A stretch of DNA of 57,431 nucleotides, filler included, from Ionaspis alba (Eukaryota), in assembly GCA_964255285.1 (NCBI GenBank). It is 6 parts of 6 records of this genome, joined end to end, with 100 filler letters (N's around TTAATTAATTAA, not from the genome) between each part and the next. Parts side by side here need not be neighbours in the genome. Positions count along the whole stretch, not along the records: positions 19,220 to 28,702 come from CAXUUL010000669.1; positions 28,803 to 38,280 come from CAXUUL010000670.1; 4 more parts are not named here. One strand, 5' to 3'. Every line of letters starts with the position of its first letter. Positions within the stretch are counted from its first letter, which is position 1. Below the pieces are notes generated by a model, which was not told the origin of the DNA, made no database searches, and was given only the letters and a program-made list of their open reading frames with translations. Shown here piece by piece: positions 21,311 through 33,968 of this stretch. The position numbers were made by a program, and so were the translations under genes.

Positions 21311-24300
21311 CTATGGCGCTGGGGCTAGGCTTCCTTCAATTCTACGCTTCGCTTCTTGTCGTTCCTCGTTGGTGACATTCTCTTCCTTCTTGCGCATGTC
21401 AGGTGTGAATTGTGATTGCTCGGGGTGATGACCAATGGACATGCCCACTCGGAGCTTCAACAATGTTAGCCAGGTTATCCCATCGGATGATACACGATCG
21501 GATGTTCTTACCAATGTCTCCAATGCGCCGTTAGAATTGTCTGTCAAATCCTCATCAAACCTCATAGCTGCTGGTTCGAAAAGTAACAGGATCGTGCTGC
21601 CTCCGAACTTGAAATAACCGAGTTCTTCGGCTCTACCAACTCGTTCGCCCGCCTTCCTAGTGATCACGGTGCTGCCAACCATCATAGCACCGACACAAAT
21701 AACCATCACTCGGCCATGAGCCACGGAATCAATGGGAACCACCACTCGTACATTCTCACCGTAGACATCCAGCGCCGAACGAATCGCCATTGGATTCACA
21801 GTGTAGTACTCGCCTTCGATTAGCTTTGGCGTGTCCATGATACCGTCGACCGGAATATGAAAGCGGTGGTAATCTTGGGGCGCTAGCCGGAAAATGCCCA
21901 GTGCGCCATTGACATATCGTTTCGCGTCCTCAGGATATGTGTTTCCGAGGAGTCGCTCCACTGAAAATTCGCGACCCTTGACCCAGATCCGGGTTGCCTC
22001 GTCCATCTGGTTGAACACCACTGATCGACAATCTGCGGGAGAAACAATGATCCTTGGATTATCCGGAGCAGAGCATGGCCTCGCGTTAGGTTTTAAAGCT
22101 CGATAAAAGAATTGATTGAAGTTCTTGAACTCCTCCATCGGCAAAAGCACCTCGGACATGTCGAGCTTATGGAAGTTGACAAACCCTGGAATTTCTCTGG
22201 CGGAAGCAGGGTCATCATACTTCTTGCCTTGCTTAATGCTGAGCGACCTTAGGAGCTTACGGACTTCAAGGAATTAGTACGCTATTTCATTTTCTTGGCT
22301 ATGGGGACTTACTTCTCTTTTTCTCCATTTCCCTACTCTTAAGACCTTTATAAAGCAAACGAATTCCGAGTCGGACGTAAACGCTCATCCTCTCCTCGTT
22401 GATCTGACCAGTGATCCTGTCTTGAACAAGTATATTTGCAGAATTTGCACCAAGCTTGTAACCACCATAGGAGATCTTAGTGATGACTTTGGAGTACCAT
22501 TTGCGCTGAGCCTGACTCGATGTAACGAAGCCTGCCATGACGATGTTGTTGACCTGCCTCCAATCCTGACTGGCACACGTTGCTATGTGCGTAATGATAT
22601 CGGCATCTGATCTCTTGTTCAGACGAGGCTGGTGGCACACAGGGCATTCCCTGATCTCGATGACGTGCTCCTCGCCTCTCTCGTCGACTAGATCATCCTG
22701 TGCAAGTAATTCTCCGTTCTCACCCGCGGCGCCTGTCGACTCTTGTGAAATAGTAGGGACAACAGACTGGTTTGGGTCGTGGTTGTTCGGTGTATTGGAA
22801 CCTTGTTGAGAGTCCGCGGAATTATCTCCCAGCCTAGGGGATCCATTGTTGTTGCTAGTAGGACTGTGATAGTGGTCCATCAAACCTCTGACACTTTCAC
22901 CCCAGGTTTTCTTTTGGGTTGTCCGTTGGAGTTGATCTTCTAAACAAATGACAGCCTGATCGAAGGACAAGTCAAGAGTGCCGGTAGCATCATGACCCTC
23001 ATTTTCTTTTGCGAATCTTTGGAAGAATCCATCAATAGTCGACTCTTTCAGAGTGGAACCCAGCGTATCCAGCATGGTCGTCAATTCAACTTTACTGATT
23101 CTCGCACTCTCATCCGCATCGTACTGTTTGAGCATCGCCCGCCAGAATTGCTGACGAAGAGCTTGATAGGGTAGATATTTGGCCTTTATGTAGAGTTGGG
23201 TTGGATGTTTGTCGTCCCATTTCTCCTTGTGCTTAAGGACCAACGGAATCGTGTATGATTTTAGCTCAGGATCATACGGATGGTGGCAATTGTCTTCCCC
23301 ATTGTCAGAACCGGTATGAGATTGCACAGGTGTAAGTGAATTCGAGTCGTTGGGGACGCTAGTAGGAGGCGTTGGCAAGTCCAATGCAGAAGAGCTAGCC
23401 ATGGACGTTTGTGAGGTGCGAGACGGAAGGCTCGGTCGTGCCATCTTGTTTAGACTGGTTGCTGACGAGGAGCGAGATATAGGTAACCGAAACCTGGACT
23501 TGCTCTGAGTCGGAACCAAGGTCGGAGGGTCTGGAGGATCTCGGAGAGGATACAACCCAGTCTCCGGGTCCGGTTCAGGTGCAGCGGAAGTGATGGTGGA
23601 AAGTGGAAAGTTTGCTGTTCCAATGAAGTCGTTGCCGGATAGCTTGTCCCTATCGACCACAGCAAAGTTCAAGGAATAGTTTTGCTCATGTCGAAGAACC
23701 TGAAACACAAGCTTCTCGTCGAAGACTGGGTTCAGATTATGGCGGATGACTCGAGTACGGTATGTTTTCCGGCCGAGTGAAGTAACGACGAATGGATCCA
23801 TATCGAATGACGTTCTTGTGACTGATCTTCCTCAGCTATTCGTTCTCCTTTTGAATGAGATGGAGAATACATACCGTTCCTCTCTGGCGGCAAGTCTGTG
23901 ATTCTACCGATCTCTATAAAAGCGATGCCGACAACATCACTTCCTCCTGTAAATTCATACGCCCTCGCTTTGGTCTTCCTCTTCAACCTTGCAAGCCGTA
24001 GCTTTTTCTTGCGTTTCTCAGCAACCTCTGGCTTGGTGGGATCATCCGTCTCGTCCGAGGTCTCTAGCTCGTTGTTATCGTCTTCCTCATCATCATCGTC
24101 ATCGACACCACGAGAATCGAGCTTGCCGAGTTCCTCGTGGTCGTCGACATCATCATCAGGGCTGCTCGCAACCAATGCCATGAACTTGCGGAGAATCTCC
24201 TCTGGCAAAGCTGATGGATTGGAAGGATCCGCAATAGCGTATTGCATTTGAATCTCTCCAGAGACCATAGACTCCTTCTTCTTGCCTCCCTTCCGCTTCG

Positions 24301-24889
24301 ACTTCAATGGATGCCATTGAGGCTTTCTCAACATCAGCATTGCGGATCATCTAATCTCGCAAGCGGCCTACCTCTTGTTCAATCTTTCCATTAGCAAAAA
24401 TGTCTTCGACAGCGACATCAAATTCTCCGAGATAGTCCTTGCCAAACCGGTCTTTATCCCAACAAGTTGCCTCCAGCAATAGACTTTGAGTGCCAATGAT
24501 AGGGAGTTCGAACGACACTTGCCATTCAGGGTCGAGGGTCTTGCTGATAGTGGGCGTCGACTGTCTGGCATCGCCGAGTGTCACAACCAGAAACTGTCCA
24601 CAGTCAGCGTTGTGAAAGACCTGGGTTCAGCTGGTCTAGGCTCACTGGGTCGCTGGTGCCGCTTTTGTCCTTTGCAGCAAGGTGTCGACCCTAGTCATGA
24701 ATGATTCAGTAACAGTGCGATTGGAGAAGAGGCCATTGGCCACGGTCATACCCTGATCACCGTTGTCTTTAGTACCAGGCCTTGGCCCACTCGCATGGGA
24801 CTTGAGCTTCGACTTCCTGGAGCACTTCCATTGTTGCCATTGTTGCTGTGGTAGCTCTTTAGGCGGTTGGGCAATGTGATCCGGACCAT
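21311..24889 (-). CDS. PSD2: Phosphatidylserine decarboxylase proenzyme 2 (two C2 domains, EF-hand-like region, PSD domain), multi-exon
   Basis: C2 motifs (AAKDKSGTSDP, WDKDRFGKDYLGEFD, MDPFVVTSLG, DRDKLSGNDF); FRLAPQDYHRFH; autocleavage motif FKFGGST. Confidence 0.96.
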
Positions 24890-25439
24890 GGTGGAAGCAG
24901 GGCTAGGAAGATGTACGGTCGGTTTTCCTTAGCGATATGTAGGTCTTGTGAAGGCAGTACGGGATGGAAGTACATTCAATGATGATTTAGTGGGGTCCTC
25001 AAAGTGGATGCAGGGAAAGCACTTGAGGCACCGAATCGTCCTTCTCAGCAACTTTCTCCTATGAAACTATCGTGTGGTAAGGATGCGATGAATGGAGGAC
25101 ACGGTAGCTACATCAATGATCTGATGAAGCTCGCTTCTATTTCAAAGCAAGATCGAAGGCATTAAATAGATGTGGAGGTTGAATGGTAAGAAGTTGGCAC
25201 GGAGTAATCTCAGTTGAATCTGCGCTGCACATGCAGCTGATCGGAGAGCTGAAGAGGGGGTCCAAGGGGGCTACCTAATTTAAGATGTGGGGGGCGTTTA
25301 GTTGCACAACAAGCTTCCGGAGCCTCCCATGGCGGCATTGGCGGGAACACCACTGAGCCATCACATTCATGCCAGGTGGAGCGTGATAGATGCACGAACA
25401 CCAACGCTTCCGAAGTTAATCTAGGCCAGGAAAGCAGAA

Positions 25440-26534
25440 ATGAACTCTTTGTACACCGAAGGAGGTATATGCTGCCCTGGTTTATCATGTCTGTTAACCC
25501 AGAAGTTCTGACTATGTTACAGAGTTGCTCAGCATCCATAACGCTTTCCATCAATGCCACTATCAAAAAGTAATCGACTTCGACACAGGTTCTCTCTCGG
25601 CTGAAAATGCTCTGCCAGCTCGCGTACTACAGCTTCGAGCACAAATTGCAAGCGGCCAAGCAGATGAAGTGCTTGCCGATATAGAAGGAGAGGACGATAT
25701 CCCCGACCTCGCGGCGGTCAAGGCACTTGCACAATACACTAGTGGCGATACGTTCGCAGCTCTCAAGCAAGTCGAAGACCTAGCAATTGGCTCGTCGGAC
25801 AATGTTACGGTACAAGTGGTGGGAGGTACGGTGTTGCAGGCGGCAGGAAAGAGCGAGGACGCCCTGGCACTCCTCACAAAACACTCGGGAAGCCTGGAAG
25901 CGTAAGACTTCCCTTGCCCTGGCGTCTTAATCCATACGATATCTATGGGACAAGCTGATCAGGTGTTGTACAGAGTTGCTCTGATTGTCCAAATACATCT
26001 GCAACAAAATCGGACAGATCTCGCGATGAAGGAGGTACAGGCTGCACGGAAATGGGCCCAGGATAGTCTGCTTGTCAACATTGCCGAATCCTGGGTAGGA
26101 CTAAGGCTGGTGAGCATGATGAATTCTAGACGTCGTCAGAGTCGCTAAGTGTCAACCCTAGGGCGGTGAGAAATATCAGCAAGCATTCTACGAATTCGAA
26201 GAAATGCCAGTCTGCCAGGCAGTCGCAGAACTTCATCTCGGCAGATTACCGGAAGCTGAAGCAGCCTTGCAGAAAGTTTTGCAGGAAGAGCCGAACAATG
26301 TCGAAGCGATCTCAAACTCGATTGTCCTGAACGTTCTTTCTGGAAAAGACGCCTCTGAATTGATCTCGTAGGTTTCATGCTGCCCACGCGAGGAAGAATT
26401 TCTAGGTGTAACTAACAGGCTCTAGATCGCTGGAATCGAAGGCACCCGAGCACGCTTTCTTGACGGACCTCAAGGAGAAAAGCTCTCTATTCGATCAAGC
26501 CGCTGCAAAGTATTCCGCCAAAGTGGCCTCATGA
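25440..26534 (+). CDS. SEC28: Coatomer epsilon subunit, multi-exon
   Basis: MNSLYTEGE then LLSIHNAFHQ; VALIVQIHLQQNRTDLA, WAQDSLLVNIAESWVGLR, GGEKYQQAFY, HAFLTDLKEKSSLFDQAAAKY. Confidence 0.9.
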
Positions 26535-27514
26535 GCACTGCTTGGCATACAGCCTCCTACACAGAGACGAACCCAGTCTGATTATGAATATGTTCTCATA
26601 TAGAACTACGATACCCAGAAGCAGCCATAGAGAATGAAGCGCAAATGAATCATAGAGCACAGCATATCAAAAGGATCGTGCTTCGAAACACGATGGAAAA
26701 GATGTTCAATTTTAATGTGCTGCCGAGGTGAGCTCATAGACACTTGAAGACAGATGCTGCGATGAGGGATTCATCTACCACTACTTGAAGCGCCGTCCCC
26801 AATTGCCGTATGCCCAGTTTCGTAGTCCTATCAAAGCGGAAGAAAGCTACATACATCTGGCGCTCTCCCGGCTGAGTTAAAGTCGCATGAGTTGGAAATT
26901 GCCCTTATTAGATGTAATGATTACTTTTTCCCCTCAACGTTGATGTTAAACAGGATTACGGGGATGTCATTATTAAATCACATCTGTCTAATTCTGCACA
27001 CTCATGCAAAGGCATACATACTCAAAGTACTACTAACCCCAATAGTTCACCACGAATCAAATAGCCGCAAGATACTCTCCTGGGAAAGATCGATACGATT
27101 TCTCATGTATGACATGCCAATGGTGTTCTAAGAGGCACAAGTCTCGCGGTATGAATTTCTACTTCTCGTAGCCGGCACAAGACTTGGCCTTAGTTTGAGT
27201 AAGGGCCGCGTGCCGCCGAAGCTGTCAGAGGTATCGGCCCATACTCAGTAATTTTGATGCTTCCTAATCTATCTTATGCCTTTTCTCAGTCCTTGATGAT
27301 TTCCTTCAACTGCCTGTAATTGACCTGGTTCCGGATCTATGACGGTGGCAATCGTCATAGATCCAACAACACCCAACGGAGCCCGTCTGGCTGAACACCG
27401 TTATGATACAAACTCCTCAACTTGTGATCGCATTAGCTTTGGTTTTGTTCCATATGGTATTGATCTATACGGCTTGGGTTTCCCCCTGCACCTTGGACTC
27501 CTTGATTGCTCAAC

Positions 27515-28567
27515 ATGAGTAACACCATGATTACGATTGTCACAGGCGCTGTAAGATAAAAATATGCATAATAGATTCACAAGCTGACGCCATTCTAGAA
27601 CCGCGGCATCGGCGAGGCGATATGCCAGAACCTTGCGAGCAGCATCCAACAACCCTTGATCCTCTACGCAGCCTCCCGAAAAGGCAGCAACCTCAACCTC
27701 AAGCCCGCATCCGCCTCCACAGAAATCAAGTATCCTAAGCTGGACGTGACAGATCAGGGCAGTATATCTGCCTTAGCCACACTGATCAAAAATGACCATG
27801 GTGGTCTCGATGTCCTGATCAATAATGCCGGCATCAACCTTGACGAGAATTATACGCCTCATAATGTTGCCACGACACTGGATACGAACTATCGGGGCAC
27901 CTTGCACGTGAGCAGTGGATTTTTAGCTTAATTATATGTTATCGAGAGCTGAGTCAATCAGATGTGCCAATCCTTCCTCCCTCTTATGCGCGCTAAAGGC
28001 CGCATCGTCAACATTTCCTCCGTAGCCAGCGATCTTGGCGCCTACAGTCCACGGCTGCAACAGAAATTCCGCGACCCGGAGCTTACGCTTTCAGAACTAG
28101 AAGCCTTGATGAAGGAGTACCAGGTCTGTCCTCCTCGTGGATCCAGCAGTGTTCCCTATGATCTCGACCAGATGGTCTTTGAGTCTAACACATAGCAGCA
28201 CTGCGCAGATACTGGCACTGAGTCTGCAAGTGGCTGGCCTCGCCTCTCTTACAAAGTAAGCAAATCAGCCATTAATTCTCTTACGACTATTCTAGCCCGG
28301 GAGAACTCGAGCGTTTTTATCAACGCTTGCTGTCCCGGGTGGGTGGCGAGCGACATGGGAAGACAAGTCGGGAGTCGGCCACCAAAGAGTCCTGGTATGT
28401 GTGGTCATGCACTTGGGCGGACCTGCGTGAACTCATATACTACTGTAGCTGAGGGTGCTACGATTCCGTTGAGGCTAGGTTTTGGAGATATTGGAGGTGT
28501 GTCGGGGAAGTATTTCGCGAATCCTTCCATCAGAAGTCGGGAGAACGGACAGGTAATGGAGAGATGA
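27515..28567 (+). CDS. Short-chain dehydrogenase/reductase (carbonyl reductase-like), multi-exon
   Basis: IVTGA then NRGIG across an intron; LDVLINNAG, TNYRGT, GRIVNISS, catalytic YKVSK, NACCPGWVASDMG. Confidence 0.9.
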
Positions 28568-28702
28568 AGGTAGGAATGAGGTGCTTGGACTGGCTCACCG
28601 GCACCTTATTTGGCTTGGTACAAATGGAGTTCGTATCAAAATTCAAATTATGTAATACTATCCCTAGACTCGATCCATATCATATGTCCCCAAGGAGGGA
28701 AC

Positions 28703-28802
28703 NNNNNNNNNNNNNNNNNNNNNNNNNNNNNNNNNNNNNNNNNNNNTTAATTAATTAANNNNNNNNNNNNNNNNNNNNNNNNNNNNNNNNNNNNNNNNNN
28801 NN
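28703..28802. other. Artificial contig linker
   Basis: 44N-TTAATTAATTAA-44N. Confidence 0.97.
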
Positions 28803-30397
28803 CCCAATATTCTCCCCCCAGAACCCGTTCGCCAAATTACCACCCGCTTTCTTCACCCTCTCCATCCAACCCCCCGCCATCAGCGCCGGCTGCGTCGGAT
28901 GTTCGAACCTCAGAAGATCCCCCTCCCTGCTCACCGTCACCCGAAACCAGGGATTATTCATCATGCCCATGACATTCCAATACATATCCCTGGGCTGAAC
29001 ACACATCGCCTCGTCCATCGCTCTGACCAGGAGATCTTTCGCGGTCGCTAGTTCCGAGACGGCGATATCCAGCGACCAGAAACACCAGCAGAAACACGAC
29101 TCCCGCCACCACATGTCCAGCTTGCCGCCGTACAGGTCCCGCTCTACTTCTCGGTACCGATCTTCTGCATAGTCGATATCTGCGAGCCGCCACGAGCGCC
29201 CTTTGTCAAGGGAGACTTCCACCCGGGTAACGCGTCGTCCGCCACCCGAATAGGCATAGCCCTTGGCTCTGTACTTCTCCGGCCCATTGACAAGACACAA
29301 CTGCTCCTCGTGCGCAGGATACGCAGCCGCAGAATTAGGACTCAAGTCGAAAATAGCGTATCGTTCATCAGTCCACCATTTCGGATTATTGGCCGACTCC
29401 TCGGGGCTGACCATCGTTGGGAGGACGCGGTTGTCGTAGAAGTGGTACCAGTTGTCGCTGGGGCCTTCGGTGACTATGAGTTTCTTCAGCCATTTGACGC
29501 TCCGGGCGCCTATCTGGCCAGGGATGAGGGCCCGGAGCGGTTTGCCATGGTCGGGTCGCAGGGTTTCACCATTCATTTTGTAGGAGAGCATGATAGCCCG
29601 ATTGGGGTCTAGGACCCAGTTGAGCTTGATGGATGTGCCGTAGCAGCCGTTGGGCTGTGGTTTGTCTGCTGTTAGCTAATGTTGATAGGGGAGATTATTT
29701 ATGTCTCGGCGGGTTTGACGTACAAGTTGGTCTGCTCCTTCCATACAGACGTATTTTGCGCCTCGCCTTGGCCGGGCTTTCTTGATTACGTCCATCATCA
29801 TGACGCCTGTGAATAAAGCGGTCGAAACGCCGGCGGATCCCCATGAGAAGCCTTTGCTCTTGCGAACTTGATTCTGTTCTTTTCGTCTGTTGCCGGCGCA
29901 TACAAGACTCACCGGGCAAGTAATCTGCTTGTATTCGGCTATCAATTGGCGAAGGGTGAGTTTGATAGGGTGTTCAACAAGTCTGTTCTTCCGTCAGCAT
30001 TATGGATGTACATGAGACTCTGAAGTCCATACCCTTCGACGCTGAATTCCCAATCAGGGATATCTGCGTCTTCGACCTGGGGAACGGCTCCATGATTTCT
30101 CACGTAGAAGAGTTCCGGACTGGTCAGGAAGCCTTCATTGAAGAGTGCTGTTAGTGGTGGCTCGACGTTGAATGGATGGACACCGGTCAATCGGATTAGT
30201 CGTGGATCTCTAGGTACGTGAAAGTCCGGAGTCTTCTTGTCGACTTCGAGAACGACGGTGGGTACGTTGCTTGGTGGGGGTAGCGGTATATCAAAGTCAT
30301 CGCAGCTGTCTTCGGTTTCCGGGGGCGTTGGAGGGAGCCGTGCTTGCTTCTCCAGAATGTCTATCGAGTGCTGATCTTGAACAGTGGGGTCCTCCAT
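28803..30397 (-). CDS. niaD: Assimilatory nitrate reductase, N-terminal part (Moco and dimerisation domains); heme and FAD domains lie beyond the contig edge
   Basis: RDPRLIRLTGVHPFNVEPPL, LFYVRNHGAVP, Moco Cys in LVCAGNRRKEQN, PDHGKPLR, GARSVKWL, GYAYSGGGRRVTRVEVSLD, WNVMGMMNNPWFRV. Confidence 0.96.
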
Positions 30398-30731
30398 CGA
30401 GTCATAAGAATACTAGTAAATGCAAGTGTATATATTGGGATGCGTGTGGTCAATGCATTACTCCGTGCGTTCATCTCAACAATTCAAAAATGGAAGCAAC
30501 GATGCAATAATGGTTCTTCAACATAACATTGGGAGAGCACAAAAAAAAGTAATCCTAGACTAGCAGCAGTGGCCATCCAGAAAAGAGAACAATTCGATAC
30601 CGCACAGACTGCATTCATCCGTCATGCCCCGTATAAGCAGCCATCTCGCCCGCCCGTCCATCCGCCGAGACTCACCGAGCAAGAAAACGCCAGCAACGAA
30701 GAAAGAACAGCACAGAGAGATCAGATCCCCA

Positions 30732-30993
30732 TCCGCGGAAGTGGCTGACGTTATGGAATGGCCGGTGGCATTCTCGAAGAGCGGGCTGTTTACTCAGCCC
30801 TTAGGCGATAGGTAAAAACGCTTTGGGCGTCTATCTGTGACCAATGAGAGCTCGACATGGGATGAGATAAGGACCGATGGAAAAGATGGAAGAGGATGAG
30901 ATGATCGTGCCGCTCCCCGCGATTTCGGCCTTTAATGCGCTGCATGCCAGATGGATGTGGAAGGATGAAGGAATCTGTGCGTGATCCGCGGAG
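30732..30993. promoter_or_regulatory. Nitrate-induction module: two TCCGCGGA (NIT4/NirA-type) sites flanking three HGATAR (AreA/NIT2) sites
   Basis: TCCGCGGA at 30732-30739 and 30985-30992 (the second also gives CTCCGCGG on the minus strand); CGATAG 30806-30811, CTATCT 30831-30836, AGATAA 30865-30870; 330-600 bp upstream of the niaD ATG. Confidence 0.75.
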
Positions 30994-31249
30994 TGACCTG
31001 CTGCTTTCGGGGGGGACACTCGATCCGCCTTTGGTTCGGGATTGAAGTCGAGCGGTGGGAACTGGGTGCGAGACTCGATGGGGTTCGAGGAGTCCAGACA
31101 ACTCTATAGCTTACACTGAATGTCAATATCAGAGAAGATGTCAGTCTTTACATCTCACAGACACGTGGAGTCAGTTATTGCATGGTGGTTGTAGTACCTG
31201 TCGTCGTTTGCACGAGTGTGAGAGGGCTGAAGTGCGAATGGCAAAATAT

Positions 31250-31972
31250 CTGGGAAGCAGCCAAGGAAGTCTCGGGCAGATCTCCCAATACTTTTGTCAT
31301 CCACTTAGCCGGGCCTCGTGTGCCTCGGTAAATCTAAGAGAAATGACAGTGCTCTGGACTAAAGAACCGCCCGAATTGCGAGTCTATCTCAGAGCTCTTT
31401 CATCAAATAGAATCGATCGCTTGGATATGACGATAACCTGTTTTACCAATTCCTCTACAGCATCTCGAAAGTATGTAGAGGCACAGACAGAGAATTACTC
31501 CTCCATTCGATGGGTGGTATCAAAGTCAAGCAGATCCATTGATGCAAGTCGTCTACTATCCCCGTCTCTGTATTCTCTCTCCTGAGATTTCTTTACAACC
31601 AGCCCAATTCTATCGATCATAGTGTCTTGGTGGTGGAGATAATCGATCGCGGCCTACACATTTCGTCTATCGCAACCTCATCTTGTGTGTCCAGCCGAAC
31701 CAGGACCTCCTCGCCAGGCCATCTAAGCTGTAGAGCCTAGTGTCAAATAGCCCGGTGTCCTCGTCTTCTCCAAACCTTTGGTTCACCAATCCTCTCTCGT
31801 ATCGTCGAATGGTCTCGAGACCATAGTCGTTCTCTTCGTCCTCACTCTCCTCATGACTAGACCTCTCCGCATCCTCACGAGCCTTCTTAGCAATTCTGAT
31901 GTATATGTCGTCCTTAGCCTCCTCTCGAGTTCCTAGCCCCTCAGTCTCCCGCGGCGCACTTGCTTTTGGCAC
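31250..31972 (-). pseudogene. Possible decayed ORF of unknown family
   Basis: Protein-like stretches in shifting frames (EEAKDDIYIRIAKKAREDAE..., RWPGEEVLVRLDTQDEVAIDE, MDLLDFDTTHRMEE*FSVCASTYFRDAVEELVKQVIVISKRSILFDERALR*) with stops at 31495-31497 and 31384-31386. Confidence 0.3.
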
Positions 31973-32909
31973 GATAGGAAATATTTCAATAGAGCGGAGT
32001 GTGCCAATCTGCGGCGGTCATACAAAGCGAGGCAAGACAAGTTCCATGATCGCGAAAAACTCAGGAGTAACAGCTTGACAGCTCAGAGCAGGTTCGGGAG
32101 AAGCAGCCTACGACGAGAAGGAAGATAAAAGACAAAGACAAGAGGTAGAAATGGGAACGGGTTTGTGCCGTGCACAATGCGGTGTGCGGGGTCAACTAGC
32201 ACTGGTTTTGTTCATCTCCAATTTTGTAGAGAAAATGGAGCAGTTTCGTGATAGACTTGGGGCTTAGCGAGGCGAGGTGTATCCTTCCGCGTGCGAGGCT
32301 CGATAATCTCACACGGCGTGAAAAGTGACATGTTTTGTGGGCATACATTGTAAAACGATGCCAAAAGAGAGTTTGATCGACATTTAGTACTAGATCAAGT
32401 ACTAAGGATGGACTTGAGGTGGTTGGCTATGTGGCAGTGAACGATCAAAACCTAGGGCTTGCGATGTTAAGCGAAGTAGCCGCAATTCGCTTAGATCTAG
32501 GGCTTCGATACAAATATCTCTGCAATCGTTTATTCTATATCGTGGGCTTGTACGCTTCGATCAGATCGAAAGAAACAAGTAAGAAACAATATACTCCGAT
32601 CTTTGTACTGCAAGAACCGGGACCTCACATGTTATGGACGAAAGGTTCGTCCCTTATCATGACTTGACTGATGTCAACATAAATTGAGACTGGATCCTGA
32701 GATCCGCAATCTACCTGTCCTTCTCGGGCGTCGACGAGACAACAGAATGCAGATCTTGGCCGACATGTTCGGCAGGCTGAGCTTTCTCACATGAGTCGCT
32801 GACAGCCATCGTTGCATGAATTCTGCGCTCCGGCTCAGAATTTGACTGCGATTCGAGGCTAAACAGCAATCGAGAGAGTTCGGACTCTGCTCCCAAGGTG
32901 ATGAGCTCT

Positions 32910-33968
32910 TCAAGTGCCATTTTCCATAAATCCAATGTAAATCCTTGCTGTCGCAATAAGCTGGTCTAGTAGCTGTTCGATCGACTTCTGCTCCATATCT
33001 GAAGAAATTTCGTCTCCGCTTCCCGTCGCTCTCGATGTGGTGGGAGCAAATATTTTGACCTTCCCTTCCTTGCCCAAGGTGAATGCTGCACATGCAACCT
33101 TAGAGATGAAGACGTCTTTGTACTCCATTTCCGGAGCAAGGTGAACTTGAAGTTACTGCACTAGAGAAGCCACGAATGGTCCATGATGTGCGATATCACC
33201 GTCCCGTTTTCGTTTCCCTCCCGCGAACACGGATCGCACGTGTTGATGATCATTACATATAGCTTGCCCTTGTGAACAAAGCCAGAGATGTCCTCCCTCA
33301 TCATCATGATATCCATGCTTCTTAAGCTAGGAGATATAGGTGCTCGAAAACCTAAGCTTAATTGGATGTCCTTGACGACCTCTTCTCTATGTCCTGGCAT
33401 ACTGCTAGTAATGTGACCGAGAGGTAACCTTCTAATGCATTTTCAACCAGGCCGTTTGATAGCTTCAGAGGTTCAATCCTAGTATCGAATGTAGTTTCCA
33501 GGAAGTAGTCGAAAAGGATTTGTCGAAGTGCGGTCGACATAACGTGTGAGAAGGAGTGGTAGGTAGGTCTGACCATTATTTACAGTATCCCTGGAGCTGG
33601 CATCACACAGTAGAGTAGTGCTATATGTGCTCTTCTCATACTCTGTCTCAATGCTAAGCCCTTCGAAATGCCCAAGCTTGTGTGCCTTTGATGTCAATGT
33701 ATCCCACCTCAGTACTCCTGTTGCCACCAAGCGAACGCCAGCGATAACTCTTCAAGACTCCAAGTTTGGTGGGCCCTTCGTCCTGCTCTCCGTGTTGTTG
33801 CGCACACCCTGTCGGATGTCTCCTTTCAATTTATCACTGCATCGACTGTGCATGAGTCTGCAGGCTTTTTGTCCTGAAGAGTGGTGACGCTGCGGGGTAG
33901 TGAAGCGGTGAAAGGCGGAAAAGCGTGTAGGTCGTGTTGTAGATTGGATCCTCCTGAAGTGGAGCCAT
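32910..33968 (-). pseudogene. fta1: CENP-L/Fta1 (inner kinetochore CCAN subunit) pseudogene
   Basis: Collinear CENP-L-like blocks across six frame changes: MAPLQEDPIYNTTYTLFRLSPLH / DKLKGDIRQGVR / KLGVLKSYRWRSLG / GLSIETEYEKSTYSTTLL...TYLPLLLTR / MSTALRQILFDYFLETTFDTRIEPLKLS...LEGYL / KDIQLSLGFRAPISPSLRSMDI..REDISGFVHKGK / GPFVASLVQ*LQVHLA...VFISKVACAAFTLGKEGKVKIFAP. Nonsense codon at 33153-33155. Confidence 0.8.

Noticed and set aside
28803..30397. Nitrate reductase lacking heme and FAD domains as a novel truncated enzyme
   Set aside because: The frame is open up to the contig edge, so the truncation is an assembly break.
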